Origin: Gammaproteobacteria bacterium | GTDB lineage: Bacteria; Pseudomonadota; Gammaproteobacteria; Arenicellales; Poriferihabitantaceae | DNA length: 58,422 nt | Assembly (NCBI GenBank): GCA_011523765.1 | Contig: WTGA01000170.1 | Coordinates: forward strand, 1 to 58,422 | Direction of reading: 5' to 3' | Part shown: in pieces, positions 9,315 to 19,101 of the stretch | Layout of the letters: each line of letters opens with the position of its first letter | Position numbering within the stretch: the stretch's first letter is position 1 | Translations under genes and position numbers: made by a program | The notes under the pieces: generated by a model | Told to the model about the DNA's origin: nothing | The model's input: the letters and a program-made list of their open reading frames with translations, nothing else | Databases searched by the model: none

Positions 9315-10040
9315 ATGACAAAACTGAGCGTAAACCTGAACAAAATTGCATTGCTTCGCAACAGTCGTGGCCGCGACTATCCCAATGTCCTGGAGTACGC
9401 ACGCAGATTTGTTGATCTTGGGGTCAACGGGATCACGATTCATCCACGACCAGATGAACGACACGCCAGGCGCCAGGATGCCATGGACCTGGGAGAAATG
9501 CTGGGGCGGTTCGAGGCGGTTGAATTCAATATCGAAGGGTATCCCTCTGAAGAGTTTTTGCAATTGGTGGAAAGCGTCCGGCCTGACCAGTGCACCCTGG
9601 TTCCCGACGGTGAGGATCAGATCACGTCGGATCACGGATGGGATATTTCCGGAAGTTCGGGGATACTGGAAATGAGCCTCCAGAGGCTGCAGGAGGCTGG
9701 AATACGCTGCTCATTGTTTCTGGATCCGGATATCGGGCAGGTCCGGGCAGCCGCCCAGACCGGGGCCGAAAGAATTGAGCTTTATACCGAGGAATATGCA
9801 CGGAACTATGGTCTCAACACTGCAGATCACGTTTTTGAGCGATACCGGGAAGCGGCACGATTGGCCGAAGAGTCGGGACTGGGTGTCAACGCGGGCCATG
9901 ATCTGGACCTGAACAATCTGGGACGTTTCCTGGAAATCGGGAATATCCTGGAGGTTTCCATTGGCCATGCCCTGACCATTGAGTGTATCGATTGCGGGAT
10001 GGAAGCGGTGGTTTCACGCTACCTGGAAATTTGCGCCTGA
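9315..10040 (+). CDS. pdxJ: Pyridoxine 5'-phosphate synthase
   Basis: 241 aa. Motifs LSVNLNKIALLRNSRG, GITIHPRPDERH, EFNIEGYP and VSIGHAL are characteristic of PdxJ. Confidence 0.9.
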   Translation: MTKLSVNLNKIALLRNSRGRDYPNVLEYARRFVDLGVNGITIHPRPDERHARRQDAMDLGEMLGRFEAVEFNIEGYPSEEFLQLVESVRPDQCTLVPDGEDQITSDHGWDISGSSGILEMSLQRLQEAGIRCSLFLDPDIGQVRAAAQTGAERIELYTEEYARNYGLNTADHVFERYREAARLAEESGLGVNAGHDLDLNNLGRFLEIGNILEVSIGHALTIECIDCGMEAVVSRYLEICA

Positions 10041-10203
10041 GCAAGGGCCGGCAACCGAACCACACAAAATCCGGCCCTGGGAAAATGGCACGGGACTGGT
10101 TGATGAAGGCGGTTTTGGGGCTTCGGTCTGTTTTCCGGACGGACCATGACCATCTGGAGGGAGGACATGGCCACAGGGCAAAGAGCCGGCAACCCGGCCC
10201 GTT

Positions 10204-12264
10204 TCAATTTAATCCCAGCTCTTTTTTCCGGGCGTTGACCCAGGTGCGTATGATTTGATCGGCAGCCAGGCCGATAAAGGCGACACAAAGCCCCAGGGTA
10301 ATGCCGATTCCGGTGCCTTCCGCGTCGGAGATGGCCTTCAGGATCAATTGCCCCAAATCCGTTGTACCGATGAAAGCGCCAATGATCACCATGAACAGGG
10401 CAAAAATGACCGTTTGGTTTAAGCCCAGCATAATGTGCGGAAAAGCCAGGGGTAACTCGATTGAAATCCATCTTTGGAAACGGGAGACACCCAGCATCGA
10501 TGCTGCATCGTGCAAAACCGGGGGTACATTGCGCAGGCCTTCAACGGTATAACGGGTAGCAGGGACCGCGGCATACACAACGGCGGCGATGATGACCGAT
10601 GTATCGGTGATACCAAAAAGCATGATCACCGGGATCAGGTAAATAAACGAGGGGAAAGTCTGGAAGAAATCACACATCAGGATGATCGCTTTGCTCGCAA
10701 CCGAACTTTGTGCACATACTGAGCCGACCGTGATACCGATCACCGCGGAGACAATGACTGAAATCGATGCCATATAGGCAGTAATCAGGGCCCGGTCCCA
10801 ATATTCGGAAAAGGCAATGAACAGCAGGAACCCGCCCACAATCAGCGAGGACCGGATGCCGTCCAGGATATAGGCGATGCCCATGACCAGCAGGAAGGTT
10901 GCAGCCACCGGCATGCCAAGGTAGGCCTCCTTGACGGGTACCAGGACGTTCGTAATCAGGAATTCATTGAAACTTTTCAAACTGTAAAAAAACGTGTCCC
11001 ATATCCAGTCAACACCGGTTTGCCAAAAGGGGGCGGTCGTAATGCCTTTGTTATGGGGAACGATATACAGGTAATTGAAATCTTCCTTGAAAACGAGGCT
11101 GCCGACATAGGCCAGTAGACAGCCCCCTGCAAATACCGCCAGGGCCAACAATGAATACCTGTGACGGTCGATAAAGCCCAGGTCGGCAAAATAATCCGTT
11201 TGTTTGTTTGCCCAGGCCAGGGACAGTTTGTCCAGAAGCACCGCGATCAATACGATACAAAGGCCTATTTCAATCCCGGTTCCGATTTTAAGGGAATTCA
11301 GTGCAATCATTAAGTTGGAGCCCAGGCCCTGGGCACCGATAAAGGAGGCAATGACCGTCATGGCCAGGCACTGCATCACCACCTGGTTGACACCAATCAG
11401 GATGTTGCGCCGGGCAGTCGGGATCAATACCCGGAACAACAGCTGAAATTTGTTGCAGCCACTCATCATCCCTCCCTCGACAACCTCTGGAGGGACATTT
11501 TTGAGTCCGAGCAAGGTCAGCCGGACCATGGGAGGTGTGGCAAAAATGATGGTTGCAATCGTCGCGGCATGGTCCCCGACACCAAAAAGCACAATGACCG
11601 GGACCAGGTAGGAGTAATGCGGCATGGTCTGTGCGATATTCAGGAACGGATTCAATACCGCTTCGACGAGTCGGCTTTTATAGCCCCAGATCCCCAGTGT
11701 CAATCCCAGGACAAAGGAAACCGGTGCGGCAATCAGTACGAAAGAGAGCGTCTCCATGGAAGGCTGCCACTGACCGAATATACCGATATACGCGGTGGTG
11801 ACGGCGGCCAGTACGGCAAGCCGTTTGCCCTGGAGTTTATATCCCAGAAGAATGGCCCAGCCCGAAATCACGGTCCAGGGGAGCGCAGGCCAACGCAACC
11901 ACTCGTTCTCACTGACAAAATCCCAGCTGGTAAAGGCTACGATGGTTTTGACACCGCCGAGGATTATTTCGCGGACAAAAATAATGACAAAAAGGAAAAA
12001 ACTGGAGATCGACCGGGTCATCTCCCTGAACAACGGCTTTTGTTCATACTCTTCGATTTCAGGGTCATAGACATCAATCAGCATCCAGTCGAACATCAGG
12101 TGTTTGACTGAATCGTTGATCAGGGAAGGGAGCTTTGAAAATAGCGCGGGCAACCGCCACAAATAGTTGGTTTCTGACGGAGTGATCGAAAAGCACAACA
12201 GGAGAAATACCGCCACCAAAACGGCAAACTGCACGATTTTCGGATGTTTGGAATAGTATTGCAT
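10204..12264 (-). CDS. tmoW: ABC transporter permease, fused double ProW/OpuAB-type domain (TMAO/betaine-family importer)
   Basis: 686-aa polytopic membrane protein with two tandem type-I ABC permease domains. It lies 17 nt downstream of the ATPase gene. The symbol follows ProVWX naming, and TMAO specificity is inferred from context only. Confidence 0.75.
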   Translation of the reverse strand: MQYYSKHPKIVQFAVLVAVFLLLCFSITPSETNYLWRLPALFSKLPSLINDSVKHLMFDWMLIDVYDPEIEEYEQKPLFREMTRSISSFFLFVIIFVREIILGGVKTIVAFTSWDFVSENEWLRWPALPWTVISGWAILLGYKLQGKRLAVLAAVTTAYIGIFGQWQPSMETLSFVLIAAPVSFVLGLTLGIWGYKSRLVEAVLNPFLNIAQTMPHYSYLVPVIVLFGVGDHAATIATIIFATPPMVRLTLLGLKNVPPEVVEGGMMSGCNKFQLLFRVLIPTARRNILIGVNQVVMQCLAMTVIASFIGAQGLGSNLMIALNSLKIGTGIEIGLCIVLIAVLLDKLSLAWANKQTDYFADLGFIDRHRYSLLALAVFAGGCLLAYVGSLVFKEDFNYLYIVPHNKGITTAPFWQTGVDWIWDTFFYSLKSFNEFLITNVLVPVKEAYLGMPVAATFLLVMGIAYILDGIRSSLIVGGFLLFIAFSEYWDRALITAYMASISVIVSAVIGITVGSVCAQSSVASKAIILMCDFFQTFPSFIYLIPVIMLFGITDTSVIIAAVVYAAVPATRYTVEGLRNVPPVLHDAASMLGVSRFQRWISIELPLAFPHIMLGLNQTVIFALFMVIIGAFIGTTDLGQLILKAISDAEGTGIGITLGLCVAFIGLAADQIIRTWVNARKKELGLN

Positions 12265-12281
12265 GATGGCAGGAGGCAGTC

Positions 12282-13349
12282 CTAACTTGTATCTTGGGTC
12301 CTTCCTCCGAACAATACATTCACCACATGAGACGCGTGCAGGGTCCCGACGACCTGATTGTCCGCATCCACTACCGCAACCGCCTTGTCCTCGTTCAGAA
12401 TCGATTCCGCAACGTTTTCGATAATCATGTCTTTGGAGACTTTCAGGTCACTCAGTTCTTCTGAATGATCCAGGGGCTCCATCACGGATTCTATCCGGAG
12501 CACCTTCTCCCGAGGGACGTCTTCGGTAAACTTGCTGACGTACTCGGTGGCCGGATGAAGAACGATATTGGCAGGGGTGTCGATTTGCTCAATCACCCCC
12601 TCTTTCATGATGGCGATGCGGTCAGCAAGGCGAAGCGCTTCATCAAAATCATGCGTCACGAACAGGATCGTCTTGTTCAGAACATCCTGCAGCCGCAGGA
12701 ATTCATCCTGCATCTCTTTTCGGATTAGCGGGTCCAAAGCGGAGAACGGTTCATCCAGGAACCAGATATCCGGCTCCACAGCCAGGGAACGTGCGATGCC
12801 GACCCGTTGTTGCTGACCGCCGGACAATTGTCTCGGGAAATAATTTTCACGTCCGCCGAGGCCGACCAGTTCCACCATTTCCATGGCCCGGTCCATGCTT
12901 TCCCGGGTGCCGATACCCTTCACCTGCAAGGGGAAGGCAATGTTCTCCAGGACGTTTTTGTGAGGCAGCAATCCGAAATTCTGGAAAACCATCCCCATTT
13001 TATTGCGTCGAAGCTCGACAAGCTGTTTGCTGTTCATCGTCAGGATATCCTGACCTTCAACAAAAATTTTACCGGCGGTTGCTTCCGTTAACCTCGATAT
13101 GCAGCGAAGCAAGGTTGACTTGCCGGATCCGGACAAGCCCATAATCACGAGCAATTCGCCTTTGCAAATCCGGAAAGAGGCATTGTTGACACCAACAATG
13201 CACCCCGCTTCCTGGAATGCCCGGGCATCTACATTGCCGTTCGACTCCTGAAGCAGCTTGTTGGCATGGTCACCGAATATTTTATAAACCGCTTCGCATT
13301 CAATGACAACTTGTTCTTTTTTGCCGGCAGGCACTGCTTGGGAAGACAT
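12282..13349 (-). CDS. tmoV: ABC transporter ATPase, ProV/OpuAA-type with C-terminal CBS pair
   Basis: 355 aa. Walker A GLSGSGKST, signature LSGGQQQRVGIARSL, Walker B IWFLDEPFSALD, and a CBS-like C-terminal extension. GGAGAT lies 5 nt upstream of the ATG. Confidence 0.8.
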   Translation of the reverse strand: MSSQAVPAGKKEQVVIECEAVYKIFGDHANKLLQESNGNVDARAFQEAGCIVGVNNASFRICKGELLVIMGLSGSGKSTLLRCISRLTEATAGKIFVEGQDILTMNSKQLVELRRNKMGMVFQNFGLLPHKNVLENIAFPLQVKGIGTRESMDRAMEMVELVGLGGRENYFPRQLSGGQQQRVGIARSLAVEPDIWFLDEPFSALDPLIRKEMQDEFLRLQDVLNKTILFVTHDFDEALRLADRIAIMKEGVIEQIDTPANIVLHPATEYVSKFTEDVPREKVLRIESVMEPLDHSEELSDLKVSKDMIIENVAESILNEDKAVAVVDADNQVVGTLHASHVVNVLFGGRTQDTS

Positions 13350-13430
13350 GGTTTATCTCCGGATCGACGCACGGTCGCCCAGTGGACATCCCCGTACGGA
13401 GGTCCCCCAGGATTCCGCAGGTTCAGACGA

Positions 13431-13460
13431 TTCCCCCCGGCCGATGCCGTCCGGGGGGAA
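13431..13460 (-). other. Intercistronic GC-rich stem-loop between the binding-protein gene and the ATPase gene
   Basis: TTCCCCCCGG / CCGGGGGGAA form a 10-bp perfect stem with a 10-nt loop in the 139-nt tmoX-tmoV spacer. No T-tract follows on the transcribed strand. Confidence 0.5.
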
Positions 13461-13488
13461 CCCAAAAGAAAAAAGTGGTGGTGGCGCT

Positions 13489-14469
13489 TTAATTCCCCGC
13501 TCCCAGTACGGATACGGTCCAGGGTTTCCACACGTCTCCATTGTCTGCGAGCCACTTTTTGCCGGCATCGGCATGGGTCATTCCGTCCACATCAACCAGT
13601 GCCGCCATGGAACCGATTTGTGGCGTGGTAAATGAAAGCTTTGAAAAGGCCGCGTAGGCTTTGGGATGCGTTTTCGGAAACTTGTAGTGTGCTCCCTTTT
13701 TCAGCCAACCTGCGGGAGAGCCGCACCCGGTGGTGGTCAGGTCCCCGCCGTCCGCAATTCGGCAACCATCGAAGTAGGGAGGGAATTCGATAAAGGTAAA
13801 ACCGGAGGCATCGGTGAAGTTCGGAGACCAGTTGAATATGATGGTACCGCGACCTTCTTTTTCAGCGGCTTTCAGTTCCGCCCAGAGCGCATCCGCAGCC
13901 CCGGCAAACTTGACCACCCATTTGTCATCAAGACCCAGTCCCTTTACACGATTCGGCATGACGTCACCGTGCCAGCTTTGAGGACCTTCCAGCCAACGAC
14001 CTTTACCACCGGAATCCGGAGTGGCAAATGCCTCATGGCAATCTTTCAGGGCTTCCCAATTGGGCAAACCCGGGCAGAGGTCTTTCTCGATTACCCAGTT
14101 GGGGACCCCCATTTCCTCCAGGGTGGCGGCTTCGTGAGTGCCGGCATCAATCAAGCCCCCGGTTTCCATGGCATTGTAATAGGCGTTTTGCATGGTTGAC
14201 TGCCATACTTCGTGAACCAGGGTGAGGTCACCCGCACGGACCGCCTCAAAACTGGCCTGATTGTCAACCGGGACGTACTCAACGGTATTGCCCATGCTTT
14301 CAAACATTCCGCCAATGACATGGGCCATGACAATCTGGCTGGACCAGTTCTTGATTGGAATTTTTATCGGCAGCTTGCTGTCTTCTGCTGACGCTCCGGA
14401 AACTGAAACAAGGGAAACGCAGGCAGCTGCAATCAGGGTCCTGCAAAATTTAGAATAGATTAATTTCAT
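13489..14469 (-). CDS. tmoX: Periplasmic substrate-binding protein, ProX/OpuAC family (TMAO/glycine-betaine type)
   Basis: ORF trimmed to ATG 14469, giving a Sec signal peptide (MKLIYSKFCRTLIAAACVSLVSVSGASA). The fold is a Trp-rich betaine-family binding fold. It heads an X-V-W operon divergent from tdm. Confidence 0.8.
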   Translation of the reverse strand: MKLIYSKFCRTLIAAACVSLVSVSGASAEDSKLPIKIPIKNWSSQIVMAHVIGGMFESMGNTVEYVPVDNQASFEAVRAGDLTLVHEVWQSTMQNAYYNAMETGGLIDAGTHEAATLEEMGVPNWVIEKDLCPGLPNWEALKDCHEAFATPDSGGKGRWLEGPQSWHGDVMPNRVKGLGLDDKWVVKFAGAADALWAELKAAEKEGRGTIIFNWSPNFTDASGFTFIEFPPYFDGCRIADGGDLTTTGCGSPAGWLKKGAHYKFPKTHPKAYAAFSKLSFTTPQIGSMAALVDVDGMTHADAGKKWLADNGDVWKPWTVSVLGAGN

Positions 14470-14783
14470 AGTGTCGTGTCTGATAAGTATTCGGAGTGTG
14501 GAGCACACTCCGGTTGATGGAAATTGCCTTACCGTGTCCGGATCAAAACGGGCTTCACAGGTCTACACAGCGTGTCCCGGTAAGGTGTTGATAAACTAAC
14601 ATAATCGTTACCATAAGCCAATATCAAATTTCAATTCTGTTAGCCCAAGAAGCATGCAGCACAACGCGAGGCAGTTGAAGGTTTGTTCCAATGATGACGA
14701 AGCAGAGTAAGCGCACCTTCTTGCTGCTGATCACCGCTAATGAGTTTTGCTGGACTAACGATTTATATCTTCCATCAAGACAG

Positions 14784-14803
14784 TTATGCCGATATCGGCA
14801 TAA
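14784..14803. promoter_or_regulatory. Perfect 20-bp palindrome TTATGCCGATATCGGCATAA, a candidate operator
   Basis: It is an exact inverted repeat (10+10 with no spacer) in the centre of the 547-bp AT-rich divergent tmoX/tdm intergenic region. Confidence 0.4.
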
Positions 14804-15016
14804 GGTTCTTGTGTTACAATAAAAATTCACTCTTTGCTCCAGTACCATCATCATCGTGGTGTAACTGTACTCCCGGTTTGAAGAAATGTATATTCGCGGG
14901 TCAGGGTGGTCCGCTGAGTGCATCCGTCCCATCATTGAAATGGTGTTCGGCTACTTGGAACTGGATCATGATTTGTGGGGTTGTATTCAACCGGAAAATC
15001 GTAGATAGAACAGCCA

Positions 15017-17371
15017 ATGAACCTTGATCTGAACGCCATGGTACAACTGCGCGAGCCGGGGCTGGGTGATGGCTGGATTGGCAAGGAACGTTATCTGGTT
15101 CGCGGTGGGTCCGTCACCGCCGTACCGCTCATGGCCGGAGATGAACTGGAGATCGTGGACCCGGAGGGGAAGCAGCCTGCTCACCTGTTTGCGTTTGATT
15201 CATCGAGTACTCACTCCACCTCGCAACTGGGTGTTCGGCCCAATACCAAGGGGGAAACCATGGCAAGGATGCTGCACAATGACAGCCCTGTTGCCGCTAA
15301 AATCCGGGACAAGCTCCAATCCTTTTCCATTGACCTGCCGGGGGCCCGGGTCGCCGAAGTCCTTGGCGGCGACAGTGTTGCCGGCTCACACATCAAACTG
15401 GTCAGCGGGGGAGAGCTCATTTGCCTGATCTGTGCACCCGGCGAACCGATGTTGCCTTATGAGCAGAACCCCCCCACCGATCTGGTTGTCTATATCACCC
15501 GGTTGAATCCTGCACGAGTGGTGGCCAATGAACTTCCGGACCCGCTGGCTGATGAGAACCAGAGTATCCGGGTGGAGGCCGCGACCGCGGCAAGCTATGA
15601 AGTGAAAGCCGGGGAATATGTGCAGATTATTGATGTGGATGGGCGACAGTGCTCGGATTTCCAATGTTTCGACAAGCGAAAACTGGACGAGGGAAAAACC
15701 AGGTACCTGAGTGCAACCACTACGCGCTCGTTGATGGGCAATGCTTATCCCGGGCCAGGCCTGTACTCGAAGTTTTTCGATATCGACTTTCAACCACTGG
15801 TGGAAGTGATCCAGGATACCTGTGGCAGGCATGACAGTTTCGGGGTTGCGTGCACGAGCAAGTACTACGATGAAGCCGGTTATCCGGGACATGTCAATTG
15901 CTCCGAAAATTTCAACCGGGCGCTGAAACCGTATCCCATTGAACCCCGGCCTGGATGGCAGGCGATGAATCTGTTTTTTAACACGTTCTTCGATGATGCC
16001 TATACCTATGTTTTCGATGATCCCTGGTCACGGCCCGGAGACTATGTTTTGATGCAGGCATTGACCGACCTGGTCTGTGTTTCATCCTCCTGCCCGTGTG
16101 ACATTGATCCGGCCAATGGCTGGGTCCCGACCGATATCCATGTCAGGACCTATCCGGAAAAAAACCTGTTCAAGCGAGCGATCGCTTTTCGAAAAACGAC
16201 GGAGGCTGAACCCGAAATGACCAAAGAGACCGGCTTTCATGCCCGAACATCCCGATTGACCCGTAACTTTACCGAATACAACGGATATTGGCTTGCCAAC
16301 CGGTTCAACAATTATGGGGTCACCGCGGAATACTGGGCGTGCAGGGAAGGCGTTGTGGTGACTGATCTTTCGCCATTGAGAAAGTATGAAGTCACCGGCC
16401 CGGATGCCGAGATCTTGATGCAGACCTGCGTGACCCGTGATGTGCGAAAGATGGCGGTAGGGCATGTGGTTTATACGGCGATGTGTTACGAGTCGGGCGG
16501 CATGATTGATGACGGTACGGTATTCAAATTGGGCAACAACAACTTCCGCTGGGTCGGCGGGGATGACTCGTCCGGCCTGTGGATACGCCAGCAGGCGGAA
16601 GAGCGGAACCTGCGGGCCTGGGTCAAGGACTCCACGCCCCAGTTGCACAACCTGCAGGTCCAGGGACCCCGAAGCCCGGATGTCTTGAAAAAATGCATCT
16701 GGTCCCGCCCGGACCAGCCCGATGTGGAAGAACTGGAATGGTTCCGGTTTTCAATTTCACGGATCGGGGATGCCAACGGGGTCCCCATTGTCTGTTCCAG
16801 AACGGGTTATACCGGAGAGCGGGGGTATGAAATATTCTGCCACCCCAGGGATGCGGAGACGGTTTGGGATGCCGTCTGGGAGGCGGGCCAGGAATTTGGC
16901 ATTGTTCCATTGGGTCTGGAGGCACTCGACATGCTGCGCATTGAAGCGGGGCTGATTTTTGCGGGGTATGAGTTTTGTGATCAAACCGACCCCTTTGAGG
17001 CAGGAATCGGGTTTACCGTGCCGCTCAAAACGAAACACGATCATTTTATTGGCCGGGAGGAGCTGGTCAACCGCAAGGAAAACCCGCAGGAAAAACTGGT
17101 TGGCCTTGAACTGGCGGGAGAGGAACCCGGCGGGAATGGTGAAGGGGTGTTCATCGGCAGAGAACGGGTAGGAAGCATCACCAGTGGAGTGATCTCTCCC
17201 GTATTGCGGAAAAATATCGCGTTATGCAGAATCAAGACGATTCATTCTGTTCCGGGAACGGATGTTGAGGTGGGCAAACTGGACGGCCACCAAAAACGGA
17301 TTCCTGCCAGGGTGGTCCCTTTCCCTCACTATGACCCGAAGAAGGAAAGGGTAAGAGGGATCAAAGCGTGA
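15017..17371 (+). CDS. tdm: Trimethylamine N-oxide demethylase (DUF1989 domain fused to GcvT-like tetrahydrofolate-binding domain)
   Basis: 784 aa. The N-terminal half is DUF1989-like (AGEYVQIIDVDGRQCSDFQCF). The C-terminal half has aminomethyltransferase motifs (YEVTGPDA, SRTGYTGERGYEIF, LRIEAGLIFAGYEF). This two-domain architecture is the described Tdm architecture. Confidence 0.85.
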   Translation: MNLDLNAMVQLREPGLGDGWIGKERYLVRGGSVTAVPLMAGDELEIVDPEGKQPAHLFAFDSSSTHSTSQLGVRPNTKGETMARMLHNDSPVAAKIRDKLQSFSIDLPGARVAEVLGGDSVAGSHIKLVSGGELICLICAPGEPMLPYEQNPPTDLVVYITRLNPARVVANELPDPLADENQSIRVEAATAASYEVKAGEYVQIIDVDGRQCSDFQCFDKRKLDEGKTRYLSATTTRSLMGNAYPGPGLYSKFFDIDFQPLVEVIQDTCGRHDSFGVACTSKYYDEAGYPGHVNCSENFNRALKPYPIEPRPGWQAMNLFFNTFFDDAYTYVFDDPWSRPGDYVLMQALTDLVCVSSSCPCDIDPANGWVPTDIHVRTYPEKNLFKRAIAFRKTTEAEPEMTKETGFHARTSRLTRNFTEYNGYWLANRFNNYGVTAEYWACREGVVVTDLSPLRKYEVTGPDAEILMQTCVTRDVRKMAVGHVVYTAMCYESGGMIDDGTVFKLGNNNFRWVGGDDSSGLWIRQQAEERNLRAWVKDSTPQLHNLQVQGPRSPDVLKKCIWSRPDQPDVEELEWFRFSISRIGDANGVPIVCSRTGYTGERGYEIFCHPRDAETVWDAVWEAGQEFGIVPLGLEALDMLRIEAGLIFAGYEFCDQTDPFEAGIGFTVPLKTKHDHFIGREELVNRKENPQEKLVGLELAGEEPGGNGEGVFIGRERVGSITSGVISPVLRKNIALCRIKTIHSVPGTDVEVGKLDGHQKRIPARVVPFPHYDPKKERVRGIKA

Positions 17372-17502
17372 GTTTCCGCCCTTCCGGGGGGACCCCGCAC
17401 AGAAGGAGGAGAACTTTCCGGGGGACCTGCCGGGGCGGGCACAACGGGCCGGGCCGACCCCGGTAACGGTGACCCGGCAGGTCAGGGTTCCACGTCCACG
17501 GT

Positions 17503-18849
17503 TCAGGCCTCGGTCTGCAAATAGCTTTCCAGGGAATCATCCAGCGCATCTTTCCAGGGTGTATGGTGCGCAGGGGCCATGGTCCCGGTCAGTGCAGACC
17601 GGTATCCATTGTCCCGAAAGGTCATGATATTTTCCTTTTTATGCTTTTTCCACTCGAAGAAGGCCTGGTTGGAATCCGTGACATCAAAATCCGGATAGTC
17701 CGTCAAGGACATCAGGTGCAAGGTGTAATTGCCCTGAAAGGTGATCGCGGCATAGTCATCGGGCAGGCTGTCTTCCTCTTCGCGCCATTTGTCAATGTCT
17801 GCGAACATTTCCTCTTCCGATGGAACATCCAAACGGCCCATGATGATATCCCGTGCGTACCAGGCCTGTGCATCAAACATGTTGAACGTATACCATTGGT
17901 CCTGCATGCCCAGATACATGAGTTTCGGATTTTTCGTCCATACCACGCCATTGTAGAGATTGACGGGATACAACCGGTTGTTGGTTTTCAGCTTGAGCTC
18001 TTCCGCCATGAACGGGAAGTGGTGCAGGTAACCGGTGCACAGGATAATCGCATCCACTTCTGTACTGCTGCCGTCCTTGAAAGTAGCGGTATTCCTTTCA
18101 ACTTTCTGCAGTAACGGGACCTCTTTCCAGTTGTCCGGCCATTTGTACCCCATGGGGGCGGTACGGTGGGAAACCGTCACCGATTTGCAGCCGTACTTCC
18201 AGCATTGTGACCCGATATCTTCCGCCGAGTAGGAAGTACCGATAATCAGAATATCCTTGTTCTTGAATTCCATGGCATCGCGAAAGTCATGGGCATGGAG
18301 CACACGGCCATTGAAGGTGTCAAATCCGTCGAAATGGGGAACGTTCGGGGTCGAGAAATGGCCGGATGCGACGATGACATAATCATATTCTTCGGCATAT
18401 TCCCTGTCTTTTTCATGGTCCTGGGCGATGACGGTAAACAGGCCCGTATCCTCGCAGTAGGACACATGGCGCACCGGGGAATTGAACCGGATCCAGTCCC
18501 TCACTCCGGCTTTCTTTACGCGTCCTTCAATATAATCGTATAGAACGGCTCGCGGGGGGTAAGAAGCAATCGGCCGCCCGAAATGCTCTTCAAATGAGTA
18601 GTCCGCGAACTCGAGCCCTTCCTTGGGCCCATTGGACCAAAGATAACGGTACATGCTTGCGTGCACGGGTTCGCCGTATTCATCAAGGCCGGTTCGCCAC
18701 GTGTAATTCCACAGCCCTCCCCAATTGGATTGTTTTTCATAACAGACGATTTCCGGGATTTCCGCACCTTTTCCCATGGCCGACTGAAAGGCCCGTAATT
18801 GAGCCAGCCCACTGGGTCCGGCACCGATAATGGCAACGCGCTTAGTCAT
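17503..18849 (-). CDS. tmm: Trimethylamine monooxygenase (bacterial flavin-containing monooxygenase)
   Basis: 448 aa. FAD motif GAGPSG, FMO motif [18 protein letters not shown] motif GTSYSAED. It is near-collinear with the Methylophaga FMO sequence as I recall it ([35 protein letters not shown]...). GGAGG lies 9 nt upstream of the ATG. Confidence 0.95.
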   Translation of the reverse strand: MTKRVAIIGAGPSGLAQLRAFQSAMGKGAEIPEIVCYEKQSNWGGLWNYTWRTGLDEYGEPVHASMYRYLWSNGPKEGLEFADYSFEEHFGRPIASYPPRAVLYDYIEGRVKKAGVRDWIRFNSPVRHVSYCEDTGLFTVIAQDHEKDREYAEEYDYVIVASGHFSTPNVPHFDGFDTFNGRVLHAHDFRDAMEFKNKDILIIGTSYSAEDIGSQCWKYGCKSVTVSHRTAPMGYKWPDNWKEVPLLQKVERNTATFKDGSSTEVDAIILCTGYLHHFPFMAEELKLKTNNRLYPVNLYNGVVWTKNPKLMYLGMQDQWYTFNMFDAQAWYARDIIMGRLDVPSEEEMFADIDKWREEEDSLPDDYAAITFQGNYTLHLMSLTDYPDFDVTDSNQAFFEWKKHKKENIMTFRDNGYRSALTGTMAPAHHTPWKDALDDSLESYLQTEA

Positions 18850-19101
18850 AAATAGTAACCTCCAGATGATAGGTTGTAGCGGGAATCAGGCATCAAAACC
18901 GGTTGAATTCCAGGTAGCTGTGAATCCGCCATGGCAAATTCTACTATACAAAAATGGGTTACGGAATAGCGGACGACCCGATAAGAAAACAGGATGTGAA
19001 CCCATTGCCCCTCTTGCAGGGTTTCCAGTACGGGGGTGTCGCCTGCATTGTTTCGGGACCCTTCCGGTGTGGGGCAGCCGGAAAACCATTCCGAAAACCC
19101 C

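Noticed and set aside
8160-9635. 491-aa minus-strand ORF, among the longest in the window and the most obvious competitor for a novel gene
   Set aside because: It runs antisense through the 3' end of mgsC, both hypothetical ORFs and the 5' part of pdxJ, whose identities (mgsC, pdxJ) are secure. Its composition is rich in Arg, His, Pro and Gly, typical of shadow frames in GC-biased genes. No motif was recognised.
14624-15027. Small ORFs 14624-14935(-) and 14740-15027(+) inside the AT-rich tmoX/tdm spacer
   Set aside because: They overlap each other on opposite strands and have no SD. Their composition is odd, Cys- and Asn-rich, driven by AT-rich DNA. The region is better explained as divergent promoters and operators.
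17372-17502. GC-rich hairpins between convergent tdm and tmm (for example CCTTC-CGGGG-GGA-CCCCG-CACA-GAAGG at 17390-17416) as a bidirectional intrinsic terminator
   Set aside because: No T-tract follows on either strand. It may still act as an RNA-stabilising or Rho-dependent element, but it cannot be called a terminator from sequence alone.
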